Source: Promethearchaeota archaeon (lineage in GTDB: Archaea > Asgardarchaeota > Lokiarchaeia > Sigyniarchaeales > SOKP01). From it: a stretch of 21,296 bases of DNA. Location of the stretch: contig SDNY01000060.1 of NCBI GenBank assembly GCA_004524535.1, forward strand, positions 1 to 21,296. Direction: 5' to 3'. This document shows, one piece after another, positions 1-9,312 of the stretch (position 1 is the stretch's first letter; every line of letters starts with the position of its first letter). Under the pieces are notes generated by a model that saw only the letters and a program-made list of their open reading frames with translations, had not been told where the DNA came from and ran no database searches. The position numbers and the translations under genes are program-made.

Positions 1-63
1 ATAAAATCATAAAAATAATTCATAAATAAATTGAAAAAAATAGTTGGAGTTTGAAAAGTTAAA

Positions 64-264
64 ATGAGTGAAGACAAGAACGAGATATTAACTATTGAAA
101 AACCTGAGGGAAGAAGAAAATGCCCCAGTTGTGGGGAAGAGAATAAGAATATGATCCACGAGGAAACCGATAAAACCCAGATTATAATGGATTACCCGAA
201 AGTTTATGGTAAGAAATATAAGTGCGGTAAGTGCGGAACGTACTGGAAAGAACGAAGCCAATAG
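64..264 (+). CDS. Small CPxCG-type zinc-ribbon protein (66 aa)
   Basis: CPSCG and CGKCG knuckles; GGAG about 15 nt upstream of the ATG; T-tract downstream at 290-300. Confidence 0.8.
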   Translation: MSEDKNEILTIEKPEGRRKCPSCGEENKNMIHEETDKTQIIMDYPKVYGKKYKCGKCGTYWKERSQ

Positions 265-289
265 TCTAATTAATAATTAACAATATTAC

Positions 290-300
290 TTTTTTCTTTT
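290..300 (+). terminator. Oligo-T tract, candidate archaeal terminator
   Basis: TTTTTTCTTTT about 25 nt after the stop of 64..264. Confidence 0.4.
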
Positions 301-504
301 AAAAAATATTAGAATTGATAAAAAAATAATAATCAGATAGAAAAAATAGAAAACTAGGATTAAATAAAAACAATAAAAAGAAGAGAAAATATAAAATATA
401 ATTATATTAATTTACTTTAACCTAAAAGGTAATTCTTAAAAATTTTAAAAATAGAATTATTATTTCTTTAATTTTTTTATCCATTTAAAAAAGTATGAAA
501 TAAT

Positions 505-559
505 TAATTAATAGAAATGCTGAAATTCTTATTATCGAAATGTTAGCATTCATTAATTA
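505..559 (-). terminator. Imperfect inverted repeat overlapping the mvhD stop codon (candidate terminator or 3' stability hairpin)
   Basis: AATGCTGAAATT...AATGTTAGCATT arms (516-550), extended by TAATTAAT/ATTAATTA; lies at the end of the minus-strand cluster. Confidence 0.45.
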
Positions 560-1317
560 GTTGAGATGAATAATGGAACTTCTTCCATAATTTTTTCAAC
601 ATCTACTAACCCTTTCGATCGTAATTCTACTATATGATTTAATACTAGATTTGGTTCTAATTCAATCTCCTTTGAGATTTGGGGTACAGATTTGCCCTTG
701 TTTTTTATTTTTTGTAATATTTTATTACGAATAAACTCGTCATAAATTGCATTATTTAGAATTTCGTCAAATTCCTCTTTAGGGATTATTTCATTATATA
801 CATTTCCTTTAGTCGTGATTGCTCTTTGTCTAGCTAGTAAGGCTCTTAATCGATTATCAGATAATGAATTTGTTATCGCTTTAAATTCATCAACTAAGCC
901 ATTTTCAAGGGCTCCATTTCTGAATGGGGAAGGGCCTATCTTACGTATATGTTCTGTAAATTCGTTAATTATTTGAGCAAATTTAGATCCTTCCGAGGCA
1001 GATACCCAATCCAAACGAAATCGTTCAGAAAAATCGGCCATCTTTAATAACTTTTTTAAGGCATCCATCTTAATTTCTGCCTCATAATTTCCATCCATAT
1101 AATGACAATCGCCAAGATGACATCCTAAAACGATTATCCCATCAACTCCTTTCAAAAAGGCTTGAGTAATGAAAATGGGATCGACTCTTCCACTACACAT
1201 TACCCTAACAATTCTGATGTTTGGAGCATATTGGATTCTACTTACGCCGGCTAGATCTGCTCCAGCATAAGAGCACCAATTACATAAAAATCCTAATATA
1301 GTAGGTTCAAACGCCAT
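553..1317 (-). CDS. mvhD: MvhD/FlpD-family [2Fe-2S] hydrogenase delta subunit with a C-terminal winged-helix-like extension
   Basis: FLCNWCSYAGAD, RVMCSGRVDP, GCHLGDCHY and WVSASEG motifs; about 120 extra C-terminal residues including KSVPQISKEIELEPNLVLNHIVELRSKGLV. Confidence 0.9.
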   Translation of the reverse strand: MAFEPTILGFLCNWCSYAGADLAGVSRIQYAPNIRIVRVMCSGRVDPIFITQAFLKGVDGIIVLGCHLGDCHYMDGNYEAEIKMDALKKLLKMADFSERFRLDWVSASEGSKFAQIINEFTEHIRKIGPSPFRNGALENGLVDEFKAITNSLSDNRLRALLARQRAITTKGNVYNEIIPKEEFDEILNNAIYDEFIRNKILQKIKNKGKSVPQISKEIELEPNLVLNHIVELRSKGLVDVEKIMEEVPLFISTN

Positions 1318-4300
1318 TTGCTATTTCCTCATTACATGAATTAACTATAGATAAAATTTGTTCATTTGTAAAATGATGAATTTTTATTGCATTTTCAGGA
1401 CAACTTGCTCCACATAAGCCACAGGCTTTGCAAAGCACTTTGTTGACTGTACAAACTCCTGCTTCATTCTTGTATATTGCATTAAAAGGACAAAGTTTGA
1501 CACAGACACAACAACCTACGCAATTTTCTTCATTGACTTCTGCTGTACACCCATCAACTTCAAGAAATTCTTTCGAGAGGATTTTACAAGCCCTCGATAC
1601 AGCAGCATTAGCTTGAGTAATTGATTCTTCAATTGTCTTTGGACAATGAGCTAGACCAGCAAGAAATATACCTTCAGTTGCAAAATCGACTGGTCGAAGC
1701 TTAACATGAGCTTCCAAAAAGAAATTATCATCATTTAATGGAACCTTTAGCAGCTTTCCAAGCTTTTTATTCTCTTGATGAGACGCTACGATTCCAGCAC
1801 TTAATACGACTAAATCAGCATTAATATTGACAATATCTTTTCTTGGAGTTAGAATCTCAAGTTTCAATTGAGAATCTTCTAAATTAATATCTGGTGTAAA
1901 TTTTTCATCATATCTAATAAATATTACTCCTTTCTCACGAGCCATTCTGTAATATTTTTCTTTGAAACCATACGTCCTGATATCTCGGAAAAGAATGGTA
2001 ACTTCACATGAAGGATATTTTTCTTTAATTAAAAGAGCATTTTTAATTGCCTCAGCACAACATATCTTACTGCAATAGGGATGCTCTTCATTTCTTGACC
2101 CTACACATTGAATCATTACAATGGATTTTTTATCTTTAAGAGTATCTGTTGTTGCTATCTGTTTTTCTAATTCGGATTGTAAGATTACTTTATCAGTTTC
2201 TCCGAATAAGTATTCTTTTGGGTTGTATTCTTTTGCACCAGTTGCTACAATTATAACTCCATGATCCAATTCAATTTTTTCGTTATTAGATCCGTGATTT
2301 ACTAAGGTTTTAAAATTTCCAACATATCCATCTATATTTTCTATCTCTGCCTCAGTATACACATGAATATTTTTATGTGATTTAACCTTTTCAATTAAGT
2401 CTTTCAATTGTGCTTGGACATCTCCTCCATCAAGTGTATGATAAATATGACGTGCAAAACCACCTAATTCAGCTTCTTTTTCAACTAAATATGTCTCATA
2501 CTCTTGATTAGCAAAATTAAGCGCCGCGACCAAACCAGTTATTCCCCCGCCTATTATAAGTGTTTTTTGTGTGACATCTATTTTGAGTTTTTCAATAGGA
2601 TAATTGCTTCGTACTCTATTTACTGCCATTCTAACAAGGTCCTTAGCTTTTTGGGTAGCAGCTTCAGGTTGATTCATATGTACCCAAGAACATTGATCTC
2701 TTATATTTGCCATTTGAAATAAATATCTATTTAAACCTGCTTCTCTAATTGTTTCTTGAAATAATTTTTCGTGAGTTCTTGGAGTACAAGATGCAATAAC
2801 AACTCTATTAAGGCTAAATTCCTTAATTATCTCTTTAATCTTTATCTGAGTATCAGCTGAGCATGTATATAAGTTATTATCTGCCATAACCACGTTTGGT
2901 AATGTGCTCGCATAATTAGTAACTTCTGGAACATTAACAAATCCACTAATATTAAATCCACAATGACAGACAAAGACTCCAATTCTAGGTTCTTGCCCGG
3001 TAACGGATATTTCAGGTGGTAAACTTTTTTCTGTAATTAAAGTACCTCGCTGACTATATAAAAGTTGATTTACACAACCTGCAGCTGCGCTAGCCTGTGT
3101 AACTGTTTCAGGAATATCTCTTGGAGATTGAAAGGCACCACAAACGAAAATCCCTTGTTTTGAAGTCTGTACAGGATTCCAATTATCGGTCTTTGCGAAA
3201 TTATATTCATTCAAATCAATTCCAAACTTTTCACTAAGATACTGGGAATCTTTGGGTGGATTTAATCCAACTGAAAGAACGACCATATGAAACTCGTCTT
3301 CTAGGATTTGTCCATCCTCAGTTTCATACCTTATCTTTAAATCTTGAGTTTCAGGAACTTCTGTTATTGATGAAATACGGCTTCTTATATATTTTACACC
3401 ATATTCATTTTTAGCTCTTAATATATACTTGTCAAAATCTTTTCCATAAGCTCTTATATCCATACTAAAAATGGTTGGTTTAATTTGATGCATGTGCTCA
3501 TGAGCAATTACCGCCTGTTTAGCTGTATACATGCAACATACTGATGAACAATATGGTTGACCATTCCCTGTGCAATCACGAGAACCAACACATTGGATAA
3601 ACGCAACTTTTTTAGGGATTAATCCATCAGAGAGCCGTAGAACTTTACCCCCAAAAGGACCACTAGCGCTTAAGATTCGCTCAAATTCTATACTTGTTAC
3701 AACATTTTTGTATTTACCATATCCATAGAGATTGGCAGCATCTGGAATATATTCATCAAACCCAGGAGCAAGGATTATTGATCCTACATTAACTTCAATT
3801 ATTTCATCTTCCCGATCAAATTGTATGGCTTTAGCTTTACAGAGCCCTTCACATATTCCACAACCAATACAATAATCTTTATCAATCGCATAGACAAGAG
3901 GTACAGCTTGTGGGTATTTTACAGAAATTGCTGCAAATGTGGATAATCCTTCATTGAAATTATCAATAGCTTCAGCTGGACATTTACGCCCACATAGACC
4001 GCATCCAGTACATCTATCTGGATCAATAAATAGTGACTTCTTTAAAATTTTAACTCTAAAGTTTCCTGCCTCTCCTTGTACATCTTGAATTACACAATTA
4101 ATATGTAAATCAATATTTTCATGGCGACCCGTTTCGACTAATTTTGGAGATACAATACACATGGCACAATCATTTGTCGGGAATGTTTTATCTAATTGCG
4201 CCATAACTCCACCAATACTAGTTGTAGATTCAAGTAAGTAGACTTTATATCCGGAATCAGCTAAGTCTAAGGAAGCTTGAGACCCCCCAATTCCCGCACC

Positions 4301-4330
4301 TACAACCAATACTGCTCCTATATTGTCCAT
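1307..4330 (-). CDS. hdrA: HdrA-like flavoprotein with two tandem FAD modules (copy 3); ATG at 4330 preferred, TTG at 4342 possible
   Basis: VLVVGAGIGG, DKTFPTNDC, 2x[4Fe-4S] insert, QCVGSR..YCSSVCCMY; second module RIGVFVCHCG, SCTPRTHE, IIGGGITG, QCVGSR..CC; C-terminal ferredoxin. Confidence 0.92.
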   Translation of the reverse strand: MDNIGAVLVVGAGIGGSQASLDLADSGYKVYLLESTTSIGGVMAQLDKTFPTNDCAMCIVSPKLVETGRHENIDLHINCVIQDVQGEAGNFRVKILKKSLFIDPDRCTGCGLCGRKCPAEAIDNFNEGLSTFAAISVKYPQAVPLVYAIDKDYCIGCGICEGLCKAKAIQFDREDEIIEVNVGSIILAPGFDEYIPDAANLYGYGKYKNVVTSIEFERILSASGPFGGKVLRLSDGLIPKKVAFIQCVGSRDCTGNGQPYCSSVCCMYTAKQAVIAHEHMHQIKPTIFSMDIRAYGKDFDKYILRAKNEYGVKYIRSRISSITEVPETQDLKIRYETEDGQILEDEFHMVVLSVGLNPPKDSQYLSEKFGIDLNEYNFAKTDNWNPVQTSKQGIFVCGAFQSPRDIPETVTQASAAAGCVNQLLYSQRGTLITEKSLPPEISVTGQEPRIGVFVCHCGFNISGFVNVPEVTNYASTLPNVVMADNNLYTCSADTQIKIKEIIKEFSLNRVVIASCTPRTHEKLFQETIREAGLNRYLFQMANIRDQCSWVHMNQPEAATQKAKDLVRMAVNRVRSNYPIEKLKIDVTQKTLIIGGGITGLVAALNFANQEYETYLVEKEAELGGFARHIYHTLDGGDVQAQLKDLIEKVKSHKNIHVYTEAEIENIDGYVGNFKTLVNHGSNNEKIELDHGVIIVATGAKEYNPKEYLFGETDKVILQSELEKQIATTDTLKDKKSIVMIQCVGSRNEEHPYCSKICCAEAIKNALLIKEKYPSCEVTILFRDIRTYGFKEKYYRMAREKGVIFIRYDEKFTPDINLEDSQLKLEILTPRKDIVNINADLVVLSAGIVASHQENKKLGKLLKVPLNDDNFFLEAHVKLRPVDFATEGIFLAGLAHCPKTIEESITQANAAVSRACKILSKEFLEVDGCTAEVNEENCVGCCVCVKLCPFNAIYKNEAGVCTVNKVLCKACGLCGASCPENAIKIHHFTNEQILSIVNSCNEEIANGV

Positions 4331-4637
4331 TTTTAGGCTCAATTATGTCATCAAACAGAATAAGTTTTTTTTTTTTCTCCTATCACAAAAATTAGATTTT
4401 ATTATTAATAAAATTGACTGTTTCAGTAAAAATATAACGGAAAATCGACGGATTAAGTACTAAATACAAAGATCCCTTATCAAAAATACTACAATATATC
4501 AATTATATATACAAAATCAGTCGTATTTTTTTTTTTTTAATCAAAATTAGTATTTTTTTTGAATAAATTACACCAAAAAAGTTATGATCGAAAAAATGAT
4601 CAAAATGAGAAATCTTATTGATTAATTAACACTAAAA

Positions 4638-4659
4638 ATGTGATCAAAAAATATCACAT
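4638..4659. promoter_or_regulatory. Perfect 7-bp inverted repeat ATGTGAT-N8-ATCACAT (operator or terminator hairpin)
   Basis: Read directly; 6 nt past the frhB-like stop, followed by a T-run on the minus strand, and upstream of hdrA copy 3. Confidence 0.45.
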
Positions 4660-4665
4660 CTTAGC

Positions 4666-5775
4666 TTATCTTTTTGTTTTTAACGAAATCAACTTTTTAA
4701 ACCAATTAATTTTTGTGATGTTCCACTCACTTAATTTATCAATAATAAGTTGTTCAATAAATCCCCTTGATAGTAATTGCTTTATTATATTTACGCCATT
4801 TTCTGTTCGCAGAATTATCATTGAATATCCTTTTGGAGCTCCAGATGCGCCCACGCTAATATCTGTAAATTTAGCTGTGAATTCATCACATTCATGGCAG
4901 TGATTTCTAACAGCGGGATCTAATGTTTTAATATCTATTTCAAATTCTTTATCCTCTTTAGTTTTGAAAAAGAAGTTCTTTTTAATCCATGTTTTTTTGA
5001 TATCAGTAGGGGGCACCTTAGTTTCCTTCTTAATAATCTCATATAATTGACTATAATTAAAATTTTCAAAGCAAAATAGGCCAATAATGTATTTTATAAT
5101 ATGTGCTGGTTTTATATGCATCAATTTCATTTTGCTTAATGCTCTACATTGACAAGGGGTTCCTACAAAAGCCAGACGTAATTGATCAACCTCATGGACT
5201 CCCAATTTTTCAAGGATTTCTTCAGATAAATCATATAATTCCTTTAAAGGTAATATTTGAGAAGAAATAGAATAACGCGTTCCAGCAGATTTTAGCAGAT
5301 CATTCTTATCATATACGATTTTCGGGATTGGTTCAAAATTTTCATCGCATTCTGAAATTATAGCTGCATCAATCATATGTTCATCGAACAAATAAGTTAG
5401 AATCGTTGAGACTATTCCACCATCTTGTCCTACATTCCCGATTGTTTTATTCGTTGTTTTAGCTGCAAGGATTTTAAGAACCTGTCCTATTTCATCCTCA
5501 ACACAGTAAGCTTGATTTAATTTATCTAGTAAAGGGGAGGTTTGAGGGCAAATAAAATAACATACTCCGCACTCTGTGCAATTTTCAGCATTTTTCTCTG
5601 ATTTAAATTTAGGGGTATAATTTTGCATCTCTATAACGTCAAAACTCTGACTTTCACAATATGCTATACAAGCACCACAAGCACAACAAAGATTGGATTT
5701 AATGATATCATCTTCGAGATCTTTAAACGTTTTTACATCTTCATTAATTTTTTTAAATTTAGGTTCAATCATCAT
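4666..5775 (-). CDS. Coenzyme F420 hydrogenase/dehydrogenase beta-subunit family (FrhB/FdhB/FpoF-like) with N-terminal ferredoxin
   Basis: CCACGAC and CTECGVCYFICP; GQDGGIVSTIL, SAGTRYS, FVGTPCQ, IGLFCFENF, CHECDEF..DISVG. Confidence 0.9.
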   Translation of the reverse strand: MMIEPKFKKINEDVKTFKDLEDDIIKSNLCCACGACIAYCESQSFDVIEMQNYTPKFKSEKNAENCTECGVCYFICPQTSPLLDKLNQAYCVEDEIGQVLKILAAKTTNKTIGNVGQDGGIVSTILTYLFDEHMIDAAIISECDENFEPIPKIVYDKNDLLKSAGTRYSISSQILPLKELYDLSEEILEKLGVHEVDQLRLAFVGTPCQCRALSKMKLMHIKPAHIIKYIIGLFCFENFNYSQLYEIIKKETKVPPTDIKKTWIKKNFFFKTKEDKEFEIDIKTLDPAVRNHCHECDEFTAKFTDISVGASGAPKGYSMIILRTENGVNIIKQLLSRGFIEQLIIDKLSEWNITKINWFKKLISLKTKR

Positions 5776-5791
5776 TTACATTCCTTTCAAA

Positions 5792-8700
5792 TTAATTGGC
5801 TTCAGCGGTTATTTTACCACTTTTTTTACTTTTTTTAGGAATTTTTGATTCTCCTAATTTTTTTATTTTTTCTGTGAATGCGATAATCCTTTCTGAAAAT
5901 TTCTTGCCTTCACTTGCAGATATTTGATGGATTTCGATTCTTTCTTCATCAATTCCAATCATTTTTAATAAATTCTTTAGGTGGTCCATTCTAAGATAGG
6001 CATTTTCATTTCCACTTATATAATGGCAATCGCCTACATGGCAACCAGAAATAAACACGCCATCAGCACCATCTGAAAAGGCACGTAATATATAACTTTT
6101 GGACATGCCTCCAGTGCACATGACTCTTATAACTCTTACATTTGGAGGATATTGATAACGACTGACTCCCGCTAAGTCAGCACCTGCGTAGCTACACCAA
6201 TTACAGAGAAACGCGACAATTCTTGGACTCCACGCTTCCTCAACGACCTGAAGGGGTCCATCTGCAACATTAATAGCCTCATCAACCATAGGTTTAATTT
6301 GTTTATTTCCAAAGTGGCTCATAGTAATGGCAGAAGCGGGACATTCAGCAAAACACGTACCGCATCCTTTACAAACAGCTTTAATCACATGAGCTTTTTT
6401 TCCACTAGTTGTAAATATCCCTAGTTGTTTTGGGTCTTCAATTAATTCAATAGCATTATATGGGCAAATCTCAACACACCTACCACATCCTAAGCATTTA
6501 TCTTCATTTACATAAGATGTGACTCCTTCTGTTTCTAGAACTTCTTTAGATAATATTGTTACAGCTCTAGAGGCGGCCGAATTTGCTTGAGCTATACTCT
6601 CACTTAATGTTGCGGTACCGCGCGCAGTTCCACATAAAAAGATTCCATCTGTTGCGAAATCAGAGGGTCTCAATTTAACATGAGCTTCTAAAAAGAAATT
6701 ATCTTCATTAAGAGGAACTTTTAATTTCTTGGCTAATTCTGAATTTTCTTCAGGTGGAACGATACCAGCGCTTAGAACAATTAAATCAGAATTGATATTT
6801 ATGATCTCTTTACTTGGAATTACAACCTCAACACGAACTTGAGAATCTTCGGGGTTAATCTCTGGAGGATTCTTTTCATCAAATCTAAGAAATATTACGC
6901 CTTTCTCACGGGCCATTCTATAGTATTTTTCTTTGAATCCATAAGTTCTGATATCCCGAAAAAGTATTGTAACATTTATAGCGGGATTAAGCTCTTTTAT
7001 TTTTAATGCATTTTTAATGGCTTCGGCACAGCACATACGACTACAATAAGGATGATCTTCATTTCTAGAGCCAACGCATTGAATCATTACGATGGAGCGT
7101 AAATTTTTGATATTATTTTCGTTAGAAAATAAAAATTCTTCTAATTTTGATTGTGTAATAACTTTATCATTTTGACCAAATAAATATTCATTATCCTTGG
7201 GTTCGTATTCATTTGCTCCTGTAGCGACAATGATTATTCCATGTTCAAAATTTGTAGTTTCTTTTTCTTCACCATGGGTTAGTTCAGTTGTAAAATTACC
7301 GATATATCCCCCAATGGAATTAATGTTAGCTTTAAGAAAAACTGTGATAAATTTATGATTATTTACTTTTTCTATTAAATTATTTAGAAATTTTTGAACA
7401 TCATCAGTTTCTAGAGTTTGGTAAATTTTATTTGCAAATCCTCCTAATTTTTCACTCTTTTCAACTAAATAAGTTTCATAGCCTTGATCAGCGAGATTTA
7501 AAGCAGCAGTCATTCCCGCAATACCTCCTCCAATAATCATTCCTTTATGAATTACATCTACTTTTTGTTCTTCTAAAGGTATTAAATTTCTCGCTTTAGC
7601 TACAGACATTCTTACTAAGTCTTTGGCCTTTTCTGTGGCTTCTTTGGGTTCATGCATATGAACCCAAGAGCATTGATCTCTTATATTTGCTAAATCAAAT
7701 AGGTATTTATTTAATCCCGCTTCTCTAATGGTTGATTGGAATAAAGGCTCATGTGTTCGTGGTGTACACGAAGCAACTATTATTCTATTTAAATTATATT
7801 CTTTAATTCTATCTTTCATATTTGCTTGAGTATCCGCCGAACAAGTATATAAATTTCTTTCAGCATAAGCTACATCCGGTAAGGTAGCAGCATATTCAAC
7901 AACTTCTGGAACATTGACAACCCCTCCAATATTTATTCCGCAATGACAAACGAAAACGCCTATTCGAGGAGGGGCATCCCCAAAGTCTATTTCCTCGGGA
8001 AGTTCTTTCTCCGTAATTTCAGTATTTCTCACATTAGATAAAAGAACATTAACAGCCCCTGCTGCTGCACTAGCTTCAATTACAGTTTCAGGGATATCCT
8101 TTGGCTCAGAAAACATCCCGCATACATAAATACCTTTTTTAGAGGTCTCTACTGGAGTGAATGTATTAGTTTTACAGAAACCATACTCATTTAAGTCTAT
8201 ACTTAATTTCTCTGTTAATTCTTTTGCACTATTGGGGGGCTGTGCTCCAATTGAAAGAACTACTAAATTAAAAACTTCTTCAACAATTTTTCCCTCTTCA
8301 GTTTCATATATGATTTTCAGGTCTTTAGTATCTGGTATTTCCTTAATAGAAGAGATTCTACTTCGGATATATCTTACACCATATTCATCTTTTGCCCTTT
8401 CAATATATTTATCAAAATCTTTTCCACATGCCCTTACATCCATCGTAAAAATGGTGGGTTCTACTATGTCCATATGTTCTTTAGCAATTACGGCTTCTTT
8501 CGCTGTATACATGCAACAGACAGAAGAACAATATTCAATACCAATGCGATTATCCCTTGAACCAATACACTGCAAGAATGCTATTTTTTTAGGAATAATT
8601 CCATCAGCTGGTCTAAGGATTAAACCAGAATGAGGCCCGCTCGCGCTTAAAATCCGTTCAAATTGTACACTTGTAACCACATTTAAGTATTCACCGTAGC

Positions 8701-9307
8701 CATAAGTTTTTAGAGGAGTGGGGTCGTATTCATCATATCCAATAGCTAAAATAATAGCTCCAATATTAAGTTGAATTAATTTATCTTCAAGCTCATAATC
8801 TATTGCTTCAGCTTTACACACTCCTTCACAAATTCCACAACCAATACATTTTTTTTTATCAATAGCAAAAACCAGCGGTACTGTTTGAGGAAATTTTGCA
8901 GAAATAGCCGCTCTATTTGAAAGCCCTGCATTAAATAAATCTATTGCCTCTATAGGACATTTAAGAGAACATAAACCACAACCTGTACATTTATCCTGAT
9001 CGATGTAAAATGTTTTTTGTTTTATATCTACAGTAAAATTTCCTGCTTCTCCTTCGACTTTCTCTATTTGAGAGTTAATTAAAAGATCTATATTATTATG
9101 TCTTCCAGCTGCAACTAATTTAGGTGCAAGGATACATATTGAGCAGTCATTCGTAGGAAAAGTTTTATCTAATTGAGACATAATCCCCCCTATACCCATC
9201 GTCTTTTCGACTAAATATACTTTGTATCCAGAATCAGCGAGATCCATGGAAGCCTGAATACCTCCAATTCCACCTCCTATTACTAAAACTGCTCCAACTT
9301 TTTCCAT
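5792..9307 (-). CDS. hdrA: HdrA-like double-FAD-module flavoprotein fused to C-terminal MvhD (copy 2); ATG at 9307 preferred, GTG at 9316 possible
   Basis: Same two HdrA modules as copy 3, then AFLCNWCSYAGAD...GCHVGDCHY; AAGGAGTGA Shine-Dalgarno-like sequence upstream of ATG 9307. Confidence 0.92.
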   Translation of the reverse strand: MEKVGAVLVIGGGIGGIQASMDLADSGYKVYLVEKTMGIGGIMSQLDKTFPTNDCSICILAPKLVAAGRHNNIDLLINSQIEKVEGEAGNFTVDIKQKTFYIDQDKCTGCGLCSLKCPIEAIDLFNAGLSNRAAISAKFPQTVPLVFAIDKKKCIGCGICEGVCKAEAIDYELEDKLIQLNIGAIILAIGYDEYDPTPLKTYGYGEYLNVVTSVQFERILSASGPHSGLILRPADGIIPKKIAFLQCIGSRDNRIGIEYCSSVCCMYTAKEAVIAKEHMDIVEPTIFTMDVRACGKDFDKYIERAKDEYGVRYIRSRISSIKEIPDTKDLKIIYETEEGKIVEEVFNLVVLSIGAQPPNSAKELTEKLSIDLNEYGFCKTNTFTPVETSKKGIYVCGMFSEPKDIPETVIEASAAAGAVNVLLSNVRNTEITEKELPEEIDFGDAPPRIGVFVCHCGINIGGVVNVPEVVEYAATLPDVAYAERNLYTCSADTQANMKDRIKEYNLNRIIVASCTPRTHEPLFQSTIREAGLNKYLFDLANIRDQCSWVHMHEPKEATEKAKDLVRMSVAKARNLIPLEEQKVDVIHKGMIIGGGIAGMTAALNLADQGYETYLVEKSEKLGGFANKIYQTLETDDVQKFLNNLIEKVNNHKFITVFLKANINSIGGYIGNFTTELTHGEEKETTNFEHGIIIVATGANEYEPKDNEYLFGQNDKVITQSKLEEFLFSNENNIKNLRSIVMIQCVGSRNEDHPYCSRMCCAEAIKNALKIKELNPAINVTILFRDIRTYGFKEKYYRMAREKGVIFLRFDEKNPPEINPEDSQVRVEVVIPSKEIININSDLIVLSAGIVPPEENSELAKKLKVPLNEDNFFLEAHVKLRPSDFATDGIFLCGTARGTATLSESIAQANSAASRAVTILSKEVLETEGVTSYVNEDKCLGCGRCVEICPYNAIELIEDPKQLGIFTTSGKKAHVIKAVCKGCGTCFAECPASAITMSHFGNKQIKPMVDEAINVADGPLQVVEEAWSPRIVAFLCNWCSYAGADLAGVSRYQYPPNVRVIRVMCTGGMSKSYILRAFSDGADGVFISGCHVGDCHYISGNENAYLRMDHLKNLLKMIGIDEERIEIHQISASEGKKFSERIIAFTEKIKKLGESKIPKKSKKSGKITAEAN

Positions 9308-9312
9308 GCTTT

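Noticed and set aside
265-504. CRISPR or tandem repeat in the A-rich gap
   Set aside because: Low-complexity A/T sequence without a recurring unit.
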